Assembly: GCA_020351835.1 (NCBI GenBank)
Contig: CP070669.1
Coordinates: 1,575,999-1,601,392 of the forward strand
DNA length: 25,394 nt
Reading direction: 5' to 3'
DNA from: Nitrospirota bacterium
GTDB taxonomy: Bacteria; Nitrospirota; Thermodesulfovibrionia; Thermodesulfovibrionales; BMS3Bbin05
How positions within the stretch are numbered: the first letter of the stretch is position 1; the number at the start of each line of letters is the position of its first letter. The position numbers and the translations under genes were made by a program. This document shows positions 1 to 6,447 of this stretch, one piece after another. The notes below the pieces were generated by a model. It worked only from the letters and a program-made list of their open reading frames with translations. It did no database searches and was not told the DNA's origin.

Positions 1-65
1 AGGTTTGCCTTCATCGGGAAACCGGTTGAAGGCAGATTAAGCGTATCCTTGTAATCCTTTGCCAT
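1..65 (-). CDS. ileS: isoleucyl-tRNA synthetase, N-terminal fragment truncated by the window edge
   Basis: Reverse complement of 1-65 reads ATG GCA AAG GAT TAC AAG GAT ACG CTT AAT CTG CCT TCA ACC GGT TTC CCG ATG AAG GCA AAC = MAKDYKDTLNLPSTGFPMKAN, which matches the characteristic IleS N-terminus (DYKDTLNLPxTxFPM). Too short for the ORF track. Confidence 0.85.
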   Translation of the reverse strand, partial: MAKDYKDTLNLPSTGFPMKAN

Positions 66-164
66 AAAAGGAAAATTAACACTCTGATTTGTTAAATGTC
101 AAGAAAGGGGTTTCAAATGAAAAGCATTAAATATTCATAAATGTCAGATTAGTGACTTAATCAC

Positions 165-192
165 TTGACATAGTTTTAAAGCGATGTATAAT
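165..192 (+). promoter_or_regulatory. consensus sigma70-type promoter upstream of the precursor gene
   Basis: TTGACA (165-170), 16-nt spacer, TATAAT (187-192); both hexamers are perfect consensus matches, about 100 nt upstream of the ATG at 301. Confidence 0.7.
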
Positions 193-300
193 TAGAAAAT
201 ATACCTATTGATAAATGTTTCTTTATAGGTAATGTCTATATAGATTGTTTCAACTCACGATCAGGGTCTTTTTTGTGATTTTTATCGAAAGGAGGTGAAT

Positions 301-513
301 ATGGACCTTAAAGAGCTGAAAAAGATACTTTCCGGTCTAGGGCTCGCCGGCCTTATAGCCGGTGCAAGCTTAATGGCTGCCGGCTGTGCAAGCACTGGCG
401 CAAGCGGTTGAGGAGCAGATAAGGCACCACCGGCCAAAAGCGGCTGAAGTGGTAGCTCCGGTGCAGGTAGCACCGATAATCCCGAAGGGAAAAGTGGTTG
501 AAGTTGATCTTAA
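301..513 (+). CDS. sbtA: selenocysteine-containing radical SAM-modified target peptide (selenobiotic / SbtA-like RiPP precursor); TGA at 409, 445 and 499 read as Sec, TGA 505 ambiguous, TAA at 511
   Basis: Strong Shine-Dalgarno AAAGGAGGTG just upstream of ATG 301. Readthrough product MDLKELKKILSGLGLAGLIAGASLMAAGCASTGASG-U-GADKAPPAKSG-U-SGSSGAGSTDNPEGKSG-U-S. Three TGAs sit in the same SG-TGA context. The two KSG-TGA-S blocks (436-450 and 490-504) differ only at synonymous third positions. SECIS-like hairpin follows TGA 445. Next gene is a radical SAM/SPASM protein. Confidence 0.82.
459..475 (+). promoter_or_regulatory. bacterial SECIS-like upper stem-loop for the UGA at 445-447
   Basis: CGGTGC (459-464) - AGGTA loop - GCACCG (470-475): perfect 6-bp stem, 17 nt total, starting 11 nt after the UGA. 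Loop GU lies at +20/+21 from the UGA, as in E. coli fdhF (UGA-N11-GGUUGCAGGUCUGCACC). Confidence 0.72.
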
Positions 514-514
514 C

Positions 515-527
515 GTGCAGTTTGCAC
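515..527 (+). promoter_or_regulatory. possible second, weaker SECIS-like hairpin serving the UGA at 499
   Basis: GTGC (515-518) - AGTTT loop - GCAC (524-527). Loop GU lies at +19/+20 from the UGA 499-501, one nt off the fdhF geometry; stem is only 4 bp. Confidence 0.35.
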
Positions 528-550
528 AATTAAAGTAGTTCAAGGATGAT

Positions 551-586
551 AGGAACGGTGTGTTAAATAAATAGCACACCGTTCCT
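551..586 (+). terminator. stem-loop between precursor and maturase, possible (partial) terminator
   Basis: AGGAACGGTGTG (551-562) pairs perfectly with CACACCGTTCCT (575-586), 12 bp, followed by a modest T-rich stretch TATTTAG. Confidence 0.6.
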
Positions 587-639
587 TATTTAGTGGCTTT
601 CACGTAATCCTCAAAAATAATATAAAATAACTTAGGGAT

Positions 640-2253
640 ATGAGTAAGAAAAACGAAAGAAACGGGCTGATAAATGTACTTGAGGTCTTCCCAAGGACTG
701 CATCGATGTTAAATGACATAGTTAACGAAGAGATCATAAATAAATTCGGGATAGATCTTGAGCGTTTTCCGGATGAAGTAGAAAATATAAAGGAAAGCTA
801 TTCTCTTAAGGATTATATTGGTGATGTTGCAAGAATTGAGTATGCTCGTTTTAAAGCTAAAAATACTGAAGAAAGCATAGAGGAGCCGGAAAATAGAACG
901 GTCAATCCGTCATTTCAGCTTTTACAGGTCTCGTGGCAGAACCTTATATCGATCTTTAACGGAGATGACAAGGGTAAGGGTAATGGTAATGACATTATCA
1001 GTGGTGACCAGCTGATAATGGTTTGGAAGGACAAGGATGAAGATGAAGTAAGAATGGAGTATGCTTCGTCTGACGACCTGCTTGCGCTCAAGATAGTGGT
1101 TGAGGGGATAGGGCCTGAAGATTTAGTTAGTGATACAGACCTCACTATCGGCAAGATCGATAATGTTATAAGGAGTTCCATCGAAAAGGGGATATTGATA
1201 GCACCACCTTCTTCATTGGTCAGAGACCCGGATATCTTTAAGGAGATAAAGGATACTGGTGAGGAGTTCCTGGTTGCCGATACATTCACTTTGCAGTGGC
1301 ATATAACACAGAGCTGTGACCTTCACTGTAAACATTGTTACGACAGGAGCGACAGGACAAATACAGACCTTGCTGATGCTATAAGGATACTTGATGATAT
1401 GAGATCATTCTGCCTCGAGAGAAATGTAAAAGGGCATATTTCTTTCAGTGGAGGTAATCCCCTTATGCATCCTGATTTCCTCGATATATACAATGCTGCT
1501 TCCGACAGAGGTTTTTCTTTGGCTATCCTCGGTAATGTTGCTTCTAGAAAGCAACTAAAAGATATTATTGCTATACAGATGCCGGGATTTTACCAGGTAA
1601 GTCTCGAGGGGCTTGAAGGTCATAATGACAGTATTCGCGGTGAGGGATATTTCAGGAGAGTAATGGATTTCCTGACGGTGCTAAAGGAGTTGGGTATCTA
1701 TTCGATGGTTATGCTCACACTTACAAATGAAAATATCGATCAGGTGATCCCTCTTGCGGAACTCCTCAAGGGTAAAGTAGATAGCTTTACATTTAACCGC
1801 CTGTCTCTTGTAGGTGAGGGTGCATCTCTCAAAATGGCAGACAATGAAAAGTTCAGGAAATTCTTAGAGGACTATATTGAGCTGGCAGGAAAGAACAAGC
1901 ATGTAAGGCTAAAGGATAACTTTATCAATATTATCAGGAGAGAAAAGGGCCAAAACCCGTTCGGAGGATGCGCGGGGTACGGGTGCAGTGCCGCATTCAA
2001 TTTTATCACGGTTTTGCCGGACGGAGAGGTGCATGCATGCAGAAAGTTTCCATCAAAGATCGGCAGAATAATGGATGTCTCTCTTTCGGAACTGTATGAC
2101 TCGGAAATGGCGAAGAAATACCGTTCGGGACCTGAGGAATGCAGGGGTTGCGATATCCGTGCAGTATGCGGTGGATGTATGGCTGTAGCATACGGTTGCG
2201 GGAAGGACGTATTTAAAGAAAAGGACCCTTTTTGCTTCATGCGTTTGGTATAG
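640..2253 (+). CDS. sbtM: radical SAM/SPASM peptide maturase (selenobiotic / thio(seleno)oxazole-type, SbtM-like)
   Basis: 537 aa. CxxxCxxC motif in FTLQWHITQSCDLHCKHCYDRS; C-terminal SPASM pattern CSAAFNFITVLPDGEVHAC...CRGCDIRAVCGGCMAVAYGC...FC; lies directly downstream of the Sec-containing precursor. Confidence 0.85.
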   Translation: MSKKNERNGLINVLEVFPRTASMLNDIVNEEIINKFGIDLERFPDEVENIKESYSLKDYIGDVARIEYARFKAKNTEESIEEPENRTVNPSFQLLQVSWQNLISIFNGDDKGKGNGNDIISGDQLIMVWKDKDEDEVRMEYASSDDLLALKIVVEGIGPEDLVSDTDLTIGKIDNVIRSSIEKGILIAPPSSLVRDPDIFKEIKDTGEEFLVADTFTLQWHITQSCDLHCKHCYDRSDRTNTDLADAIRILDDMRSFCLERNVKGHISFSGGNPLMHPDFLDIYNAASDRGFSLAILGNVASRKQLKDIIAIQMPGFYQVSLEGLEGHNDSIRGEGYFRRVMDFLTVLKELGIYSMVMLTLTNENIDQVIPLAELLKGKVDSFTFNRLSLVGEGASLKMADNEKFRKFLEDYIELAGKNKHVRLKDNFINIIRREKGQNPFGGCAGYGCSAAFNFITVLPDGEVHACRKFPSKIGRIMDVSLSELYDSEMAKKYRSGPEECRGCDIRAVCGGCMAVAYGCGKDVFKEKDPFCFMRLV

Positions 2254-2273
2254 CTCCATCTGGTTCGACATCC

Positions 2274-2292
2274 GGACCATGTTAAATGGTCC
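2274..2292 (+). other. short perfect hairpin after the maturase gene
   Basis: GGACCAT (2274-2280) - GTTAA - ATGGTCC (2286-2292); no clear U-tract follows. Confidence 0.35.
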
Positions 2293-2335
2293 CGTGCAAA
2301 TTAATAAGAACATAAGAATATATAATCATCTTTTC

Positions 2336-2365
2336 TTGACAAATAAAAAATACAGTTATTAATAT
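2336..2365 (+). promoter_or_regulatory. candidate promoter for the Mrp-like operon
   Basis: TTGACA (2336-2341), 18-nt spacer, TAATAT (2360-2365), 4/6 match at -10; AT-rich intergenic region before the operon. Confidence 0.35.
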
Positions 2366-2418
2366 ATCGACCAGCCGTTATATCTCTTTTTTTCCAGATA
2401 ACAAGGGGTTTCTTACAG

Positions 2419-2904
2419 ATGCACTTTATTTACATGTTTCTCATCATGTTCGGCTTCTGGATCGTGCTATCGGGGAAGTTCGATGCTTTCCATATAACAC
2501 TCGGGGTAATATCATGCCTGATAGTTTCATTTCTTTCTCTTGACCTTTTCTTCCATGAAACGAAGAAAAAGGGCAGGATCGCAGAGGTCGTACGCTTTTT
2601 GAGCTATATTCCATGGCTTGTAAAGGAGATCGTGCTGGCGACGATCCATGTTGCATTTATAGCGCTAAGGCCAAATGTCAAAGACAATATAGATCCCAAG
2701 GTTATCATGTTCAAAACCAGGCTTAAAAAGGACCTCTCGAAGGTGACATTCGCCAATTCAATAACTCTTACCCCGGGGACCATAACCATTAAGGTCTCAG
2801 ATGATGAGTTCTATGTTCACGCCCTGACTAAGAAGACGGCCGAGGGTCTGCCGGGAGAGATGGAAGAGCGGGTAGGTAAGGTCTTCAAGGAGTTCGGGGA
2901 ATGA
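2419..2904 (+). CDS. mrpE: Mrp-type cation/proton antiporter subunit E
   Basis: 161 aa. Hydrophobic N-terminus followed by the typical MnhE/MrpE C-terminal half (NSITLTPGTITIKV-like: SITLTPGTITIKVSDDEFYVHAL). Confidence 0.88.
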   Translation: MHFIYMFLIMFGFWIVLSGKFDAFHITLGVISCLIVSFLSLDLFFHETKKKGRIAEVVRFLSYIPWLVKEIVLATIHVAFIALRPNVKDNIDPKVIMFKTRLKKDLSKVTFANSITLTPGTITIKVSDDEFYVHALTKKTAEGLPGEMEERVGKVFKEFGE

Positions 2905-3221
2905 CGACATATTTCATTTACGCAGGTGTAGGACTCTGCTTTCTTATGTTCCTGGCGCTCTATCGTGTGATACTCGGGCCCACGGCAATAGACAGGCTGA
3001 TGGGCGTTAATGTGATCGGCACGAAGACGACCGTTCTTCTTATCGTGATAGGTCTTATTTACGGCAGGGTGGAGATGTTCGTAGATATTGCTATTGCCTA
3101 CGCTTTACTGAACTTCATTGCAACTGTAGGTGCTGCAAGGTATTTTCAGCATCGAAAGAACCTTTGCTCGGTTGGTTTCGGGCTCAGGCACAAGGAAGAT
3201 AAGGGGGATACCACGGAATGA
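2901..3221 (+). CDS. mrpF: Mrp-type cation/proton antiporter subunit F
   Basis: 106 aa. RVILGPTAIDRLMGVNVIGTKTT...DIAIAYALLNFIATVGAARY is the classic MrpF/MnhF signature; start overlaps mrpE stop. Confidence 0.88.
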   Translation: MTTYFIYAGVGLCFLMFLALYRVILGPTAIDRLMGVNVIGTKTTVLLIVIGLIYGRVEMFVDIAIAYALLNFIATVGAARYFQHRKNLCSVGFGLRHKEDKGDTTE

Positions 3222-3550
3222 TCATTGCTCTGACGGTATTACTGACGGTCACAGGGTTCTTTTTCTTCTTTGCTACAACGATCGGACTGATAAGGTTCCC
3301 TGATTTCTATTCAAGGATGCATGCCGCGGGAAAGGGTGATACCCTGTCATCGCTGCTTATGCTTTTGGGCCTTGCAATTTACAGTCTTCATCATTTTTCG
3401 TTCGGCAACTTTCTTGTATCACTTAAGATAATTTTTATAATGGTATTTATATTCCTCGCGAGTCCTACGGCAACACACGCTATTATCGATGCAGGGTTCG
3501 AGTCCGGCGTAAAGCCGTGGACGAAGGAAGAGGAAAGGGCGGAAGAATGA
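3218..3550 (+). CDS. mrpG: Mrp-type cation/proton antiporter subunit G
   Basis: 110 aa. GLIRFPDFYSRMHAAGKGDTLSSLLMLLGLAIY is typical of MrpG/MnhG. Confidence 0.88.
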   Translation: MIIALTVLLTVTGFFFFFATTIGLIRFPDFYSRMHAAGKGDTLSSLLMLLGLAIYSLHHFSFGNFLVSLKIIFIMVFIFLASPTATHAIIDAGFESGVKPWTKEEERAEE

Positions 3551-4560
3551 TCTGGCAGATAGACCTGATGGTGCTGACGCTTATAGTGTTCTGTGCTTTT
3601 TCGGCCGTAATGGTAAAGGACCTGTTGAGCGCGGCAATAATATTCGGTGCATACAGTTTTTTAATGTGCCTTCTCTGGACCGAAATGGGTGCGGTTGATG
3701 TGGCCTTTACAGAAGCGGCGGTTGGGGCGGGCGTAAGTACCATATTCATGATAGCGGCTATATTCAGGACCTCCCGTTCGGTCAAGCATAGGAGCAGGGG
3801 CAGGAGGTTCTATAAGCTGATCGGGTTCTTTGCAGCTGCTGTGACCGGTATGGTTCTGTTATACGGTCAGAGCGATTTCCCCGGATGGGCCGATCCGAAC
3901 TCACCGGCGAGCTCTCATCTTTCACCATACTTTATAACCCATACCATAAGCGATACGGCCGTGCCTAACATTGTTACCTCGGTGCTCGCAGATTACAGAG
4001 GGTTTGATACTATGTTCGAAACGGCGGTAATCTTTACTGCCGGAATAGCCGTTATATTCGTTTTAAGGCAATACCGGCGTGATCAGACCGATGTTGCCGG
4101 TACTGATGAGGTTGCCTACCAGAGCCCTATCATTCAAACCGTATCACGACAGATGGTGCCGTTCATACAGTTGTTCGCCCTTTACGTCGTGGCACATGGC
4201 CACCACAGTCCTGGTGGCGGGTTCCAGGGAGGAGTGATACTTGGAGCAAGTTTCATCCTTGTCGGGCTCAGCTACGATCTAAGGTCGGTCCTTAAGAAGA
4301 TGGGTGAGGGCCCTAACATTATCTTTGGTAACCTGGGGGTATTTCTGTATGCCGGGATCGGTGCCGTATGCATACTTCTAGGGGCTAATTTTCTTGATTA
4401 CAGTGTCTTAAGCAGGATCCTGCCGGCAACAGATAGTGTGATGGCAAGATCCCATGGAATACTGGGTGTCGAGATAGGAGTAGCAATTGCAGTAATGGCT
4501 ATCATGATAGCTATATATGTGAATATATCATCTCACGGAAAATATGATAAGGGGCTTTAA
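3547..4560 (+). CDS. fused MbhD/DUF4040-like domain plus Mrp subunit B
   Basis: N-terminal DLLSAAIIFGAYSFLMCLLWTEMGAVDVAFTEAAVGAG resembles MbhD/DUF4040 domains; C-terminal GHHSPGGGFQGGVILGASFILVGLSYD is the MnhB signature. The track start 3517 is probably upstream of the true ATG 3547, which gives an ATGA overlap with mrpG. Confidence 0.85.
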   Translation: MIWQIDLMVLTLIVFCAFSAVMVKDLLSAAIIFGAYSFLMCLLWTEMGAVDVAFTEAAVGAGVSTIFMIAAIFRTSRSVKHRSRGRRFYKLIGFFAAAVTGMVLLYGQSDFPGWADPNSPASSHLSPYFITHTISDTAVPNIVTSVLADYRGFDTMFETAVIFTAGIAVIFVLRQYRRDQTDVAGTDEVAYQSPIIQTVSRQMVPFIQLFALYVVAHGHHSPGGGFQGGVILGASFILVGLSYDLRSVLKKMGEGPNIIFGNLGVFLYAGIGAVCILLGANFLDYSVLSRILPATDSVMARSHGILGVEIGVAIAVMAIMIAIYVNISSHGKYDKGL

Positions 4561-4563
4561 TAG

Positions 4564-4947
4564 ATGGATGTAATAATCGCCAGCTATAATTACTGGATAT
4601 ACATACTTTTGATGATGATCGGACTGTATGCCATGCTTTCCAAGAACAATCTCGTAAAGAAGATCATCGGTATGAGCATATTCCAGGCCGCAATCATCGT
4701 CTTCTATGTATCGATCGGTGCTAAGAGGGGCGCTACGATCCCGATCATTGAGCATGGGCACGGCCATGGTGCCGCAGAGCATGCGGTAAATGTTATGAAC
4801 TACGTAAACCCGCTCCCCCATGTGCTGATGCTGACTGCCATTGTTGTATCGGTGAGTACGCTCGGTGTGGCCCTTGCCATTATCCTTGGGATACACAGGA
4901 GGTATGGAACGGTCGAGGAGGACGAGATCATGGAGAAGATACAATGA
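4564..4947 (+). CDS. mrpC: Mrp subunit C / NuoK-like protein
   Basis: 127 aa, three predicted TM segments; VLMLTAIVVSVSTLGVALAIILGIHRRYGTVEEDEI typical of MnhC. Confidence 0.85.
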   Translation: MDVIIASYNYWIYILLMMIGLYAMLSKNNLVKKIIGMSIFQAAIIVFYVSIGAKRGATIPIIEHGHGHGAAEHAVNVMNYVNPLPHVLMLTAIVVSVSTLGVALAIILGIHRRYGTVEEDEIMEKIQ

Positions 4948-6437
4948 TCTCACCGGAGCAGTACCCTGTACTGATAGTGGTTATTCCACTTTTGTCGGCC
5001 TTCATTATTAATGTGATCGGATGGTTCAGAAAAGGTTTCTCTTATCCGCTTATCGTTCTTTCCCTCATAATCACCTTTTATCTGTCAGTCAGCACATTGC
5101 TTCAGGTGGTAGATGGAGGTGCTATCAGTTACCGCCTTGGCGGATGGCCTCCTCCTTTCGGAATAGAATACGTTATAGACCATCTTAACGCTTTAGTTCT
5201 TGTAGTAATATCTTTTGTGAGCCTGGCTGCAGCCGTTTTTTCGAAGGAGAGCGTTAAAAAAGAGCTTCCCGACAGAATACCCCAGTACTATACTCTTTTT
5301 ATACTTCTGGTAACGGGCCTGCTCGGAATGACGATAACCGGGGATGCCTTTAACTTATATGTACTTATAGAGATCGCGGCATTAACTTCATATGCTCTTA
5401 TAGCATTTGGCCGTGACAGAGCGCTGGTATCCAGCTTTAACTACGTGATAATGGGTACCGTTGGCGCCAGTTTTTATTTGCTTGGAGTTGGCCATCTTTA
5501 CATCATGACCGGATCGCTTAATATGGGTGACCTGCTCTCAATACTGCCGGCGATATCAGGTTCCAGGGCTATTTTCGTAGCTTTCCTGCTTATAATAGTC
5601 GGTATCTGGACCAAGATGGCCTTTTTCCCGCTTCATGGCTGGCTTCCTAACGCTTATACTTATGCCCCTACCGCAACGGGTGTCCTCGTTGCCCCTCTCA
5701 TGACCAAGGTGTCTGTATATATAATGATAAGGCTGATGTTCTCGGTATTTTCTGCCGATTATGTGTTCAATACCCTTAACGTCCATGACATTATTGTCTG
5801 GATGGCTGTTGCGGCTATTATCGGCGGCTCTCTGCTTGCTCTCACGCAGACAGATTTCAGGAGGATGCTTACCTATCTTATAGTTGCTGAAGTAGGTTAC
5901 ATGGTGGGTGGTGTATGGCTGGCTAACAGCGCCGGCATAACCGGGGCTATATTGCATATCCTGAACGATGCCCTGATGACACTCTGCCTGTTCCTTGTAG
6001 CAGGAATAATCTACCACAAGACCAGAGGACATCATCTGGATGATATCAGAGGGCTATACCGCAAGATGCCGTTTACGATGGCGGCATTTACAGTTGGGGC
6101 CCTTTCCATGATAGGAGTCCCTCCAACAGTGGGTTTCTTCAGCAAGTGGTATCTGATACTCGGTGCTATCGATGCCGGGCAGTGGGGTTTTATGGCAGCG
6201 CTTATCATATCGAGCCTCATAAATGCCGTCCTGTTCTTCAAGGTCATTGAGGTAGGATACTTTGAGCCGATGCACGGCCATCACGATGATGGACACCATG
6301 AGGTGACTATCGATGAGGCTCCATTCAGCATGCTGGCACCATTATATGTTATTGCCGTAAGCTTAATTGTCGTAGGTATATATACGAGCAGCATTATTAC
6401 CAATATCATAGCTCATGCGGTACCGAAAGGATTGTAG
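4944..6437 (+). CDS. mrpD: Mrp subunit D-like proton-conducting antiporter subunit (NuoN/M-like)
   Basis: 497 aa. Proton_antipo_M-type motifs: AFFPLHGWLPNAYTYAPTATGVLVAPLMTKVSVY, GVPPTVGFFSKWYLI; ATGA overlap with mrpC. Confidence 0.88.
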   Translation: MISPEQYPVLIVVIPLLSAFIINVIGWFRKGFSYPLIVLSLIITFYLSVSTLLQVVDGGAISYRLGGWPPPFGIEYVIDHLNALVLVVISFVSLAAAVFSKESVKKELPDRIPQYYTLFILLVTGLLGMTITGDAFNLYVLIEIAALTSYALIAFGRDRALVSSFNYVIMGTVGASFYLLGVGHLYIMTGSLNMGDLLSILPAISGSRAIFVAFLLIIVGIWTKMAFFPLHGWLPNAYTYAPTATGVLVAPLMTKVSVYIMIRLMFSVFSADYVFNTLNVHDIIVWMAVAAIIGGSLLALTQTDFRRMLTYLIVAEVGYMVGGVWLANSAGITGAILHILNDALMTLCLFLVAGIIYHKTRGHHLDDIRGLYRKMPFTMAAFTVGALSMIGVPPTVGFFSKWYLILGAIDAGQWGFMAALIISSLINAVLFFKVIEVGYFEPMHGHHDDGHHEVTIDEAPFSMLAPLYVIAVSLIVVGIYTSSIITNIIAHAVPKGL

Positions 6438-6447
6438 GCCAGAACAA

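Noticed and set aside
301-411. Short 36-aa lipoprotein-like peptide ending at the first TGA as the complete gene
   Set aside because: Possible, but it does not explain the repeated SG-TGA motifs, the SECIS-like hairpin or the adjacent radical SAM maturase.
374-538. Alternative plus-strand frame overlapping the precursor (…KAAEVVAPVQVAPIIPKGKVVEVDLNVQFAQLK, stop TAG 536-538), which could mean dual coding or a sequencing frameshift
   Set aside because: It has no ATG or SD. The two KSG-TGA-S repeats differ synonymously in the 301 frame but non-synonymously here (KAAEV versus KVVEV), and the SECIS geometry supports the 301 frame. It is worth keeping in mind if raw reads show an indel between 430 and 500.
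282-579. Two minus-strand ORFs (282-473 and 370-579) in the ORF track
   Set aside because: They are antisense shadows of the UGA-containing precursor frame, lack plausible start context and have low-complexity composition.
915-2313. Minus-strand ORFs within the radical SAM gene (915-1289, 1872-2240, 2006-2191, 2053-2313)
   Set aside because: They are fully antisense to a well-supported CDS and have no recognisable domains.
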